From positions 1,312,001-1,376,000 of the forward strand of contig CAVZJV010000014.1 in assembly GCA_963775685.1 (NCBI GenBank): 64,000 nt of DNA, written 5' to 3'. The notes under the pieces were generated by a model. It searched no databases, was not told the origin of the DNA, and worked only from the letters and a program-made list of their open reading frames with translations. The stretch is from Candidatus Bathyarchaeota archaeon (GTDB lineage: Archaea; Thermoproteota; Bathyarchaeia; Bathyarchaeales; Bathycorpusculaceae). Below, in pieces: positions 32,718 to 42,913 of this stretch; position 1 is the first letter of the stretch, and each line of letters opens with the position of its first letter. The position numbers were made by a program, and so were the translations under genes.

Positions 32718-33461
32718 ATGGAAAAAATAACTGATTATATAGAGAAACTGAGATCACTAAAAGACTGGGACAGTTTTCTGCTAAAAGAATCAGGGTGGCC
32801 TGGTCCCCGAGGTAACTTGGAGTTGGCTCAAGCTTTTGCAGACCTTGGTGATGAATAAAAAATCAAAGAGTACCTTGCCATAAAAGTAGAAGATGCCCCC
32901 GTTAATTCCGCCAAAGTTTTTTTGACTTTCTGCGGTGTAGTAGGACTCGGAACAGTGATTAACATGGGCAAACTGCAGTATTTGAAGCAACTTCGACAAT
33001 TCGCCTCGGATCCCCGCTGGAGAATCAGGGAAGCAGTGGCGATGGCTCTTCAGAGAGTTGGCGACGTAAACATCGATTTCCTTCTTCAAGAAATGGAAGA
33101 GTGGAGCAAAGGCAATTTCTTTGAAAAAAGAGCAGCGATAGCAGCACTTTGCGAACCTCGACTACTGACTTCTGACAAAGTTGTGAGTTCAGTTCTAAAT
33201 ATCCTCGACTATGTAACCACATCGTTTGGCAGTTCACAAGACAGGAACAGCGAAGACTTCGAAGTACTCAAGAAGGGATTGGCCTACTGCTGGAGCGTCG
33301 CTGTTGCAGCGTACCCTGAGGAAGGCAAGGAGTTAGTTGAGAGGTGGATTAGAAGCAGAGACAAAGATGTCATTTGGGTTATGAGGCAGAACCTTAAAAA
33401 GAACAGATTATTGAAAATGGACAATGAATGGATTTTGAGCCAGCTAAAACTACTTTATTAA
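32718..33461 (+). pseudogene. HEAT-repeat-like conserved protein interrupted by in-frame TAA at 32856-32858
   Basis: PGPRGNLELA N-part and ASDPRWRIREAVAMALQ C-part are in the same frame across one stop. Confidence 0.7.
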
Positions 33462-33802
33462 AGGAAGACTCTTTAAAAAGTGGTGCTGGAGAATAGGTTT
33501 TCATTCTTTTCCGAAAGCCATCTAAACAAGAAATTCAGAGGGTAATTATTGAAATTCTCTTTTTTTAAGGCTCGAAAATTAATAGATATTTTGAGTTCTC
33601 TGGTCTACATGATTAGTTGTATGTGTTCAAATTAGCGGTGGAAAGGGGCTGCAAAGTTTTCGGTAAAGGATTCGCCACATAAGATTTCGGTTGATGACAT
33701 TAACTCTTACTTATAACCGAAACTTGATTTATGACTGGATGTGACTTTCAGCTGATTCCAAAAGGTTATTACTTTTCGGGAGTAAATGTTGTTTGGTCAG
33801 CT

Positions 33803-34359
33803 ATGAAGAAATGGGCAGTTCTAATAATTCCTTTTTTGGTTGCATTGTTTGTGATTCCATCCATTGTCTCATATTGGAATGATCTGCCTCAAACAAGCTA
33901 TAAGCTTGGCAACCAAATTAACGGCTTGCCCATCAATGGTCTTTCTCTCATTGTTTGGAACTACTTTGTCATCAACACCAGCCTACCAAATCTATCGCTG
34001 CCAACACTTCCTTTCGAACTTCAATATGTCGTCTTCAACGTTTCCGTATTAAATCTGGAAAACCAAGGAATCAACTTTAATCAGAGCGATGTTGAAAAAC
34101 AGCTTTCGCAAGCCACAAGCAAGTACCTCTACCTTGAGCTCGGAGCCAGCAACGGAGGAGGGGCTTCTTTTCCAAGAATTCCTAATGGCGACATTGATTG
34201 GTGGGTGTGGCATTAAGCGAACCGCCTACAAATATGGCGTCAAATGAGCGAATAGACGGCTTCATGTACTTCTTGAAAGATCAAGGTTTAGTTCCAAAAC
34301 AGTTGGTGTGCAAATCAATTTTTGAAACTAAACTTCTGTTCGTTGTACAATTAGACTAG
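33803..34359 (+). pseudogene. Membrane-anchored hypothetical protein with frameshift near 34203
   Basis: N-terminal TM; reading continues in another frame (VALSEPPTN...FVVQLD) after a G run. Confidence 0.5.
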
Positions 34360-34720
34360 ATTGTAACAGTAAAAAACAGACAGCAAACGCCTTTAAGTCA
34401 TTAGGACCACGAGTGTAGTGCAACAAGCAAGAGCCTCAGAAGGGTGAAATTGCAGGTTTGGCAAGCCATGGGATGCATCAACAACCAACTGTTGGAATGA
34501 ATGCGGTTTTGCATGCTAACAACAATTAACTTCAGTCTTCCTGACGCTTCATGCTTGAGAAAAAGGATTCAACAAATACATAAAAACGAAATTGAGCTTA
34601 AGGTTCAGAACTCTATTATGGGGTTGACCCAAATTTGAATTGGCATATAGGATTAAGTTTAAGAAATTTTGCGGCAGTCTAATAAGCGAAATAAACCAAT
34701 CAATGGTTAAGGAGATCCTA

Positions 34721-36145
34721 TTGAAAGTCCTGTTTATTGAGCCGCCTAAAGATATTTGGTTTGTCATGGGCGAATACCTGCCGCCGCCTTATGGCATTAT
34801 CCAACTCGCTGCCTATCTGGAAAGAGAAACCAAAAATGTCCAAATAGAGATTCTGGATTGCAATGCGGAGAAAGTTGATTGGAAGAATATGGAGGAGCAT
34901 ATTGCCATTTCGAACCCAGATGTGGTGGCTTGTGCTTCTCTGGCCACATGCAACACTTATGCTGTCGTGAAAACTCTTGAAACCGCTAAACGCATCTCAA
35001 CAAAAGCCCTCACGATAACAGGCGGACAACACTTCACCGCAACAGCTCAAAATAGCCTCCAACTTTATCCAGAAATCGATGTCATCATCCGCAGCGAGGG
35101 GGAACAAACTCTAGCTGAATTGGTAAAAGCACATCAACGGGGATTAGGTTTCCAAAACATTTGTGGAATTTCTTTTAGGAGCGGCGGAAAGGTGATGCAT
35201 ACCCCTTCGAGACCTTTGATTGCAAACTTGGAGGATTTACCGTTTCCAGGTTACCACCTTGTAAAAGACAACATGCCAAAATACCACTTCTCCGTCATGG
35301 CAGGTAAAAGGGCACCTTACGCGCTAATTGAAGGAGCACGCGGATGCAACCACCAATGCACTTTTTGCACTCAGTGGCGACATTGGCAAGCCTGCTGGCG
35401 GCTCAAGCCGGCAAAGCGTATTGCAGACGAAATGGCTTATGTTAATAGGGAATTTGGAAGTGAAATGATTTGGCTAACCGACGACAACTTTGGAGCTGGA
35501 CAGCATCCCAAAGAAATCGCTGAAGAAATCATCGCCAAACAACTACCTGATGATGTAACTTGGTTTGTTCAGGCACGTTGTGACGACATTATCCGCAATA
35601 AGGACATTCTTCCAAGGTTGGCTAAATCAGGGTTAAGCTGGGTTTTGCTTGGGGTGGAGAATTCGAGTCCCGTCACGCTGGACTACTTCAAGAAAGGCAT
35701 TACACCCAATGATGCAAAGATAGCGGTGCGGTTGTTGCAAGAAAACGGTATCATGGCCCATGCCATGGTCATTATTGGCAACCGCAAAGAAACCCACCAA
35801 TCCATCCTCCGACTTCGAGAATTCACCAACGACTTAGACCCTGACTTTTTCATGTTCGGCATATTAACGCCTTTTCCTGGCACAGAAGTTTACGCCGAGG
35901 CAGAACGCAATGGATGGATTGAGGACCACAATTGGAGCCATTACGACATGATTCATGCAATCATGCCAACTAAAACGCTTTCCACCCATCAGATACAAGA
36001 AGAGCTCTATGGCTGCTACCACGACTTCTACGGCTCATGGAGCAGGCGATTCCACGGGTTATTCTCAAGCAATCCGATGAAGCGGCGAACATTTAGGCAC
36101 ATGGTAAATTGGGGCGTACTGGGCAAAATAAAATCGATGTTCTGA
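34721..36145 (+). CDS. B12-binding radical SAM protein
   Basis: PPYGI, TGGQH, RGCNHQCTFC (CxxxCxxC), DDNF, TPFPGT; AGGAG RBS before TTG. Confidence 0.93.
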   Translation: MKVLFIEPPKDIWFVMGEYLPPPYGIIQLAAYLERETKNVQIEILDCNAEKVDWKNMEEHIAISNPDVVACASLATCNTYAVVKTLETAKRISTKALTITGGQHFTATAQNSLQLYPEIDVIIRSEGEQTLAELVKAHQRGLGFQNICGISFRSGGKVMHTPSRPLIANLEDLPFPGYHLVKDNMPKYHFSVMAGKRAPYALIEGARGCNHQCTFCTQWRHWQACWRLKPAKRIADEMAYVNREFGSEMIWLTDDNFGAGQHPKEIAEEIIAKQLPDDVTWFVQARCDDIIRNKDILPRLAKSGLSWVLLGVENSSPVTLDYFKKGITPNDAKIAVRLLQENGIMAHAMVIIGNRKETHQSILRLREFTNDLDPDFFMFGILTPFPGTEVYAEAERNGWIEDHNWSHYDMIHAIMPTKTLSTHQIQEELYGCYHDFYGSWSRRFHGLFSSNPMKRRTFRHMVNWGVLGKIKSMF

Positions 36146-36154
36146 GGTGAAAAA

Positions 36155-36844
36155 TTGCTACAATCTGAGCCATCAAGGTTTTTCTCGCTGTTTTTGGTGG
36201 CTGTTTCAGTTTTTGGGTTAGCTCTTGTCCCGCTTCTTTTGTTTCAGCCTAACCTGCAAGTTGACCAGTCGCCTTTTCGACGCCCTCTCGTAGGCTCCTT
36301 ATACAGTGTAGTCTGCATCGTGGGCGTAGTTGCGGTGTTTTATCCTAGCAAATGCCGCATGATGTTCCAAAAACCGAACTTTTCTCACGACATTACAAAA
36401 GTATCAGTTTCGGTACAGATTAAGGGGCACCATCCTGACTGTGAAGGGTTTTCAGCTAATCGAATCACAATCAGGGGCGCGGTCTTTTGTGCCGCGTGCA
36501 GTGGCTTGTTGATAGGGGCAATAGCTGCCATAGCGGCGGCTGTTTTGTTTTCTTTAGGATTTTTCGGTTTGGGAGTTGGAAGCCTGTTGGTTCTGACGAC
36601 TGGGGAAGTTTTGATGCTTGTGGGATTGACTCAAATAAAGCTGAAAGGTTTTGTCAAAATGGCGGTGAATACTCTGTTTGTGGTTGGGTCGTGCATTACT
36701 TTGGTTGTGGTGGATTTAGCTGGGCAGAGCTTGCTGGTTGATGGTTATGTCCTTGTGTTAATTGTTTTTGTGTTGTGGTTTAGGATTTTTCTCTCCGAAT
36801 GGAACAATAAAAAAATTTGTGTTGTTTGTGGACGCTGCGTTTAA
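36155..36844 (+). CDS. Multi-TM membrane protein with Cys/His motifs
   Basis: Several hydrophobic helices, GHHPDC, CAAC, C-terminal CVVCGRC; GAGGTG RBS. Confidence 0.75.
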   Translation: MLQSEPSRFFSLFLVAVSVFGLALVPLLLFQPNLQVDQSPFRRPLVGSLYSVVCIVGVVAVFYPSKCRMMFQKPNFSHDITKVSVSVQIKGHHPDCEGFSANRITIRGAVFCAACSGLLIGAIAAIAAAVLFSLGFFGLGVGSLLVLTTGEVLMLVGLTQIKLKGFVKMAVNTLFVVGSCITLVVVDLAGQSLLVDGYVLVLIVFVLWFRIFLSEWNNKKICVVCGRCV

Positions 36845-37200
36845 GTGGGGTTAAATGGGCGTTGGTTATACCGCCTTTGTCTGGAGAGCGCGCCTATCAA
36901 GAGTAGTATGCCGAAAATAATTATTATGAATGGCCATAAATATTGCCAGAAATTTATCGATATGCCGTAGGTAACTTGCAAGAACAAACCTAACCCGACA
37001 AAAATTATGATGACACCTATGATGATGCCCACAATCATGCCGCCATTGGGCAAGCCAAAGCATTCGTTTTCCACTCGACGGTAATGTTCTCGGTCACTTC
37101 CAGGATAGCGTTGACCGACCGTGTATAGGGGTGCACCGCAGTTTGAGCATACGGTGTTTGTGTCGGGGTTTTGGATGCCACATCTGCTACAATAAACCAT
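36841..37200 (-). CDS. Zinc-ribbon membrane protein
   Basis: YCSRCG...CSNCGAPL, ECFGLP, two TM helices. Confidence 0.8.
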   Translation of the reverse strand: MVYCSRCGIQNPDTNTVCSNCGAPLYTVGQRYPGSDREHYRRVENECFGLPNGGMIVGIIIGVIIIFVGLGLFLQVTYGISINFWQYLWPFIIIIFGILLLIGALSRQRRYNQRPFNPT

Positions 37201-37388
37201 TAGAATTCCTCATTCAAGAGTACCCTTGATTTGGTTTTTAAGATTTGCGGTAGCAAAAAATTCAGGATGGCTAAATGCCCAAATTTGAGCCAGAGCTTAT
37301 AGGTCAAAGTCTAAGCATAGACCTATCCAGTTTCACCCCTAGTATTTTTCTGATATTGGCTATTTCCATAAAGAAAATGAAAAATTAT

Positions 37389-37526
37389 TGGTGCCGGGGA
37401 CGGGATTCGAGCCCGCGACTTCTGGTTGTAGGCGCTTGCCCCTTGCAAACTCCAGATTTCTCATCTGGATTTTTCCATTGTCCAGATTATGAGTCTGGCG
37501 CCCTAGCCAGGCTAGGCTACCCCGGC
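37389..37526 (-). tRNA. tRNA-Met(CAU), elongator type, with two 30-nt introns (37458-37487 at 37/38; 37420-37449 at 45/46), CCA encoded
   Basis: GCCGGGG/CCCCGGC acceptor, CCAGA-CTCATAA-TCTGG anticodon arm after splicing, BHB-type motifs, AGGTC variable loop after splicing. Confidence 0.92.
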
Positions 37527-37967
37527 ACGTTGCCTCTCGGTTTTTGGGCCGATGCCATTTTAGTTTATTTGCCTTCATTTAAACCTTAAGATTTCCCAAC
37601 AAAATATCCCGATTCTGTAAACTAAGTTTCTGCAGCGGGGTCGCCTCGGGATCAAACTCTTAAAAGTTACAAGGCATTATGTTCGAGCATGAGGCTGAGA
37701 ATCTATCTTCTACTTAGAAGTTGTGGTAGTTATGTCAGCCTATAGCTCGTTTCGCCAGAGTTTGGACCGCTTGTGGCAACTTACACAACCAGAGAACAAT
37801 CCAAATCTAATCCTGACAACAAAATGAAGTTTTTAGCGAAAATCGCTGGTTGTTGTAAAAAGAGAGATTTCTGCCACAACTACTAAAGAAAAAATGTCGC
37901 ATTCAATCCTTAATGTTTGTATCAATAAATTTATTGGATTGAAAACTCAAATAGGGTTGGTGATTGT

Positions 37968-38564
37968 ATGTCTTCAGACAATGATGATTATCCTGAATGG
38001 TTCAAGAAGCGCCGCAGTTCATCGAAGGATCCATTCAGCAACATTGATGAAATGTTCCGGGAAATGGAGAAGATGATGGATGAGGAACTCAAAAACTTCA
38101 CCGAAAAAGTTCCTAAAGAATACGTTAAGGAACGCAAGTTGCCTGATGGCAGCATGGTTAAGGAGCTTGGACCATTTGTTTATGGTTACAGCATGAAAAT
38201 TGGTTCCGACGGCAAACCTGATATCCAGGAATTTGGCAACATCAAAAAAGGCCTTAAGGGAACTCCGCAGGTTAAGGAAGAACGTGAACCACTCGTGGAC
38301 ATCGTGGAAACCAACGAAGACATCCATGTTGTCGTTGAATTGCCAGGTGTAGAGAAAACCGAAATAAAACTACACGGAACCGAGGATTCCTTGGAAATTT
38401 CGGTTGATACGCCACAGTATAAGTACTACAAGGAAGTAGAGTTGCCCGCTAAAGTCAAAGTTAAAGAGGCAAACTCCACCTACAAAAACGGTGTCTTAGA
38501 AGTGGTGCTTCCAAAAACTGATGCATCAGGCAAACCTAAAGGCGAACCAATCGACATAGTGTAA
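37968..38564 (+). CDS. Archaeal Hsp20 small heat shock protein
   Basis: GPFVYGYS, EFGN, REPLVD, YKNGVLEV. Confidence 0.94.
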   Translation: MSSDNDDYPEWFKKRRSSSKDPFSNIDEMFREMEKMMDEELKNFTEKVPKEYVKERKLPDGSMVKELGPFVYGYSMKIGSDGKPDIQEFGNIKKGLKGTPQVKEEREPLVDIVETNEDIHVVVELPGVEKTEIKLHGTEDSLEISVDTPQYKYYKEVELPAKVKVKEANSTYKNGVLEVVLPKTDASGKPKGEPIDIV

Positions 38565-38607
38565 AGCCTAAAAACCCTGACTCACTATCCGTATAGTAGC
38601 TAGTGTA

Positions 38608-39021
38608 ATGATGAGCGGCAATTCAGAAATTGACACCCTAAACGCTATTTGCAGAGAAGCTAAAGCAGTAGGCAAACTGTCGGGTAACAACTTAACAGAG
38701 CTCTACGAGCTTTTTGGACCACGATTCATCAAGTCTCTTGACGCGGTTAAGGAGGGCAGAGTCAAAAAATATGTTTTTAAGTCCAGCGGCAGAATTGTGT
38801 GGATTGTGGTTGGCCGAGAACGCGACTATCTTATTATGCCTGAAGCGGAATTCTGTACCTGCGATGACTTCTACTTTCGCGTACTAGACAAGAAGGTTCA
38901 CATGTGTTATCACCTTTTGACTCAGAAAATCGCGGCGAACTTGGGTTGGTTTAAGACCATAGAGGAAAACGACGAGTGCTTTGACATGTTGATGAATGAA
39001 TGGAAAAAAGCTACCGAATAA
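38608..39021 (+). CDS. SWIM zinc-finger protein
   Basis: WIVVG...CTCDDF...CYH pattern. Confidence 0.8.
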   Translation: MMSGNSEIDTLNAICREAKAVGKLSGNNLTELYELFGPRFIKSLDAVKEGRVKKYVFKSSGRIVWIVVGRERDYLIMPEAEFCTCDDFYFRVLDKKVHMCYHLLTQKIAANLGWFKTIEENDECFDMLMNEWKKATE

Positions 39022-39579
39022 ACAAGAAGGCCCAATTAGCCAAAGAAAAATATAGTTATGGCTGATTTGCAAGGCACTTAGCTGCTTTATTTGGGGTACT
39101 AAAATTTTTGATGTTACTGCCCACACTCTGGCGGAACCGTTTGTCAATATGACATTTTTTAGGTTTTCAGCGCCTTAGCTGCTGACACTTTAACGAAGGG
39201 TGTGTTGTTCTTGGCAAATTGCATTTCAACGTTTACAACGTTCATGGTTACTTCAGCGTTTGTTCCGTCGATTAATAAACGAACGCTTTTAGGGGCATTG
39301 TCGCTATTTGCTTTTGAGCTTTCTTATTGTATCGATAACGTGCCGCAATTTCGCCTTAGATAAGTCAACAACGGTTATGATTTTTCCTATGGAGATTGAA
39401 CTTTAAAATTGACGAACCCCCTTATCATCGAGTATTACAAAAATAATTCAAAAATTGTTACGTAAAATATCCTGAATCAGCTCAGGGAAAATGAAAGTTG
39501 AACGATTGATGCTCTTGCTCAGCTTTAGATTTAAATATGAAGATGCTACAACATTAGGTTATTACAAGGAGAACCTCTG

Positions 39580-39702
39580 ATGGATCTAGGCGCATATTTC
39601 ATAACCCTTCAATATGTCCTGATGGGCTCAGTGTTTATGGCTCTACTACTCATCTTCCTGTACGCTTACTATGGCAAGGAAGAAGAGAAAACAAGCGATT
39701 AA
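39580..39702 (+). CDS. 40-aa single-TM peptide
   Basis: AGGAG RBS; MDLGAYFITLQYVLMGSVFMALLLIFLYAYYGKEEEKTSD; TTTAAAT upstream. Confidence 0.55.
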   Translation: MDLGAYFITLQYVLMGSVFMALLLIFLYAYYGKEEEKTSD

Positions 39703-39715
39703 ACACCCTTTCTTT

Positions 39716-40012
39716 TTAATTGCTAAACCTTCTATTTCGTCTATTCATAACCAGAAACAAAATTATGCTGATAACCGTTAGGATTATACTGATCACTATA
39801 AGCAAGCCAGCATCAGGTCCAGCGCCAAAAACAATCGGAATCGGACCAATCAAAATCACGCCACCAACACTTCCTGACCTACCCAAAACCTCGGAAGCTA
39901 TAATCAAAACTGCTAAGCCAACAAAAACCAACGTTATGCCTAAAAGCAAAAAACCCAAAATGCGACTGGATATTCCGACTCCTTCTTGAGTTGTTTCCTC
40001 ATCACTCAACAA
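39716..40012 (-). CDS. DUF131/TIGR00304-like membrane protein
   Basis: GGVILIGPIPIVFG motif. Confidence 0.85.
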   Translation of the reverse strand: MLSDEETTQEGVGISSRILGFLLLGITLVFVGLAVLIIASEVLGRSGSVGGVILIGPIPIVFGAGPDAGLLIVISIILTVISIILFLVMNRRNRRFSN

Positions 40013-40018
40013 GCCAGG

Positions 40019-40294
40019 CTACCTCAACAACCAATAATTCACAACTATAATTATTAAGACAACCATGGTGAGAACTAAAGCCAGCGCCAACACCGCCTTA
40101 ACTGATTTTTTGTCTGTTCCAAAAATTATCGGAACGGGACCAATCATGATTACTCCCGAGCCAAGAACCTTACCTTTTTTTGCGCCACCCATGGAAGCGA
40201 GAAGGATTGCGGCAACAATGACTATGATTCCGACAACAATCAGGGCTATTCCGAATGCATAAAAAACCGCAAGGGTCATTTTTTGCCTCCCCAA
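40019..40294 (-). CDS. DUF131/TIGR00304-like membrane protein (tandem paralog)
   Basis: GVIMIGPVPIIFGTD motif. Confidence 0.85.
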   Translation of the reverse strand: MGRQKMTLAVFYAFGIALIVVGIIVIVAAILLASMGGAKKGKVLGSGVIMIGPVPIIFGTDKKSVKAVLALALVLTMVVLIIIVVNYWLLR

Positions 40295-40397
40295 ACCGAG
40301 ATAAAAATGAAACAGCCTTTGTAATAAACGTAGCCAGCAATCCTTTTAGAATGCAAAAAATTAAAAGCGTCAGCCTTCTTTATCGTGTCGGCGCAAG

Positions 40398-41249
40398 ATG
40401 ACCACGCAAGACCTAATCCAGGAAATCCAGAGGCAAAACCCAACCATCAGCCAAGAGCAAATCCAAGAAAGGTTGCAGGCTGAAAGAACCAGAACAGGCG
40501 GTCTTCTTAGCGACGAAACGCTACTGCGTCTGATTGCAGCTAAATTTGGTGTTGCGGTCAAACAGAAAACGATCCATAACAACGGAATCCTGTCAACCAG
40601 CCGGTTGTTTGCAGGTCTGTATGACGTTACAGTAGCAGGCAGATTAATCGCGGTTTTTCCTGCAAAAACCTTTCAGGGAGCAGAAAAATCAGGCAAATTT
40701 GCCACTATGATGCTCGCTGATAAAGAGGGGATTTTAAGGGTGGTTCTGTGGGATGCAAAAGCTGAGCTGGTTGAGAAAGGCGAGCTCAAAGCGGGGCAAG
40801 CGGTTCGACTTATGCACGGGTACACAAAGCAGGACCGCCAGGGCAAAACAGAGCTACATCTTGGCAACAAGAGCCAAATTGAACCCCAACCTGAAACAGA
40901 AGATAACGGTTATTACTCTATCGAAAAATTTATAACAAAAATCCAAACCCTCACAGTCAATTCAGGGAATGTTCACCTTTCAGGAACGGTGAAGGCAGTT
41001 TTAGGCAAGAAATCTTTTTCTCGAAACGATGACAACGACGGCATAGTTATGCGTTTAGCTTTAAGGGATGATTCAGGCGAAGTCATAGTGGTGGTTTGGA
41101 ACAAGAAGGTTGCTGAAGTGGAAATGATTACGAGGGAGAAACCGGCATTGTTATTGGTTAATGCAAGGGTTAAGGAGGCGAAGGGCGGTAACGTAGAAGT
41201 GCATGTTGACTCCAGCACCTTCGTTGGTTCCCAAGCAGTTAAAGGCTAA
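40398..41249 (+). CDS. RPA-like OB-fold single-stranded DNA-binding protein
   Basis: GGLLSDE N-terminal domain; two OB folds (ADKEGILRVVLWD, DDSGEVIVVVWN). Confidence 0.85.
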   Translation: MTTQDLIQEIQRQNPTISQEQIQERLQAERTRTGGLLSDETLLRLIAAKFGVAVKQKTIHNNGILSTSRLFAGLYDVTVAGRLIAVFPAKTFQGAEKSGKFATMMLADKEGILRVVLWDAKAELVEKGELKAGQAVRLMHGYTKQDRQGKTELHLGNKSQIEPQPETEDNGYYSIEKFITKIQTLTVNSGNVHLSGTVKAVLGKKSFSRNDDNDGIVMRLALRDDSGEVIVVVWNKKVAEVEMITREKPALLLVNARVKEAKGGNVEVHVDSSTFVGSQAVKG

Positions 41250-41467
41250 AAAAATACACCTGGAATAGGAATGCCCAGTTCGACAGCACCTCTTTAGCAT
41301 CTGTTTGGAAATAAAGAGAAACAGTCAAAGAAAATCGAAGTTGCCTACTGGAGATATTACGGCACAAAGAAATAATTCGAGGCAATCTAACATAAGTCTA
41401 ACTTTAGGAAAAAGCATAGCGTCTATCTTTTTAAAGAAAAGAAGTAATGGAGCATTGTAAGATAATC

Positions 41468-41674
41468 TTAGCTCGCTTCAACAACGAAAGCTATTTTGAC
41501 TACTGCTCTATATTCTGCAATTTTATTGTTTTCCACTGTTGCTTTGCAGCTTTTAACATAAACAGATTTAATGTTTTTAACTGTCTTTGCCGCTTGTGCC
41601 AAAGCATTCTTAGTAGCGTCTTCCCAATTATTTGGTGAAGTTCCAATTAGCTCAATTATTTTCACAACAGCCAT
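41468..41674 (-). CDS. Dodecin family protein
   Basis: KIIELIGTSPNNWEDA...EYRAVVKIAF. Confidence 0.93.
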   Translation of the reverse strand: MAVVKIIELIGTSPNNWEDATKNALAQAAKTVKNIKSVYVKSCKATVENNKIAEYRAVVKIAFVVEAS

Positions 41675-41774
41675 TTATTCTACTCTCCAACATAATTATC
41701 AACCCAACCAGAGAATAAGAACATGTGTGACTACAAAAAAGATACAACAAGTCATCAACAACAGATTTTTGCCT

Positions 41775-42810
41775 TTAAGGCTTTTTAGAATTTGAAAGTA
41801 ACTTGGAGAAAACTTTTCTTCTTCCTGTTGTTATTATGCTTAGAGAAATTGATACCATAAGACCTATCAAAATTAGTAAGGATTGGAACTCTGGGATTGC
41901 TTGTGCTCCAACTATTTTGAAATTGTGAGTGCTATGGTTGTAGTTTATTCGCAGAATATTGTTTGTTCCATCGTTAGATTGGGTGTAATCTACGTTTCTT
42001 ACCAGGCAACGTTTCGTCTTTGTAGATGGATAGCTCGCCCCATACCAGGATAGTTGGGATGGTAATTATGCAATACCCTGTTGTTCCAGTTTGTCCGTTG
42101 GCTTTGAAGTTCAACTCTTCTATGGCAGGGTTGAATGTTAAATCGGTAACGGTTGAGTTACTTTCAGCGATGATTGGGCAGGTTTTGTCTCCAACTGACA
42201 CATTAAATTGGAACGAAGTTGGACTGGGTGTTGGACTAAGTGAAGAGATTTGACTTGGTGATAAGACAATTTTGTCAACTATGTTAACGGTTATTGGGTT
42301 GCTCCAGTCACTTGTTTCTGAATCATTAAATGTAATCTCTGTATAACCATCTCCAGGTCCTACGGGTGAAATACCTGGCATGTAACCTGGCTTTTGAGTT
42401 AAGGCATAGCAACCAGTTATTGCTTGAACTTGAAAATCAAGCAAAGAACTGTTGTTAAGCAGATTATTCTTAGCTGAACGAAAAAGGTAGTCTCTTAGGT
42501 CGCCGGGGTAGGGTGGTATTGAGATAAGAGTAGTTTGTGAGTCAGACTGAAGCTGATAATTACCCATGCGTATCCATTCTTATAAGTTATGGTCTTTGAC
42601 TCTATAATAGTAAATTATTGAGTTAACAGAGCTACTGATAGTGAACCCTTGATTTTCTATAACTATCTGTAATGAGCTATCATTTAGGAATTGTATAGTG
42701 AACTCTGGTGCATAGGGTTTAGATGAGTGAGCACTAACAGGTTCAAGGCAGACAGTCCCTAAAGCTAAAAGTGCCAGCAGAATCAGGACAATTATTACTG
42801 GCTTTTTCAT
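41775..42810 (-). pseudogene. Secreted PEF-CTERM-like protein, disrupted (in-frame TAA at 42580, frameshift near 42005)
   Basis: Signal peptide, SDWSNP motif, C-terminal IVGAQAIPEF + TM + RRK recovered across frames. Confidence 0.7.
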
Positions 42811-42850
42811 CAAAGTCAAGGACTCCCTACGATAACTAACAACGCAGTTA

Positions 42851-42904
42851 GCTTATAGTTCTATTCACAGAACAAACAACAAGCCGGCTGTTCCATTTTG
42901 GAAC
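42851..42904. promoter_or_regulatory. Paired GTTC-N7/8-GAAC palindromes upstream of the secreted-protein gene
   Basis: GTTCTATTCACAGAAC and GTTCCATTTTGGAAC, adjacent to a minus-strand CTATAAG TATA-like box. Confidence 0.5.
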
Positions 42905-42913
42905 ACCGAAGTT

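Noticed and set aside
33480-33500. TGGTGC-type tRNA-end-like strings here and at about 63213
   Set aside because: No T-loop or shared flanking repeat; too short to separate from chance
39030-39370. Fragmentary minus-strand reading frames
   Set aside because: Multiple stops and no recognisable family; cannot support a call
42831-42913. Integron attC site between secreted-protein genes
   Set aside because: CTAAC...GTTAG hairpin is far too short for attC, lacks L boxes, and no IntI-like integrase is adjacent
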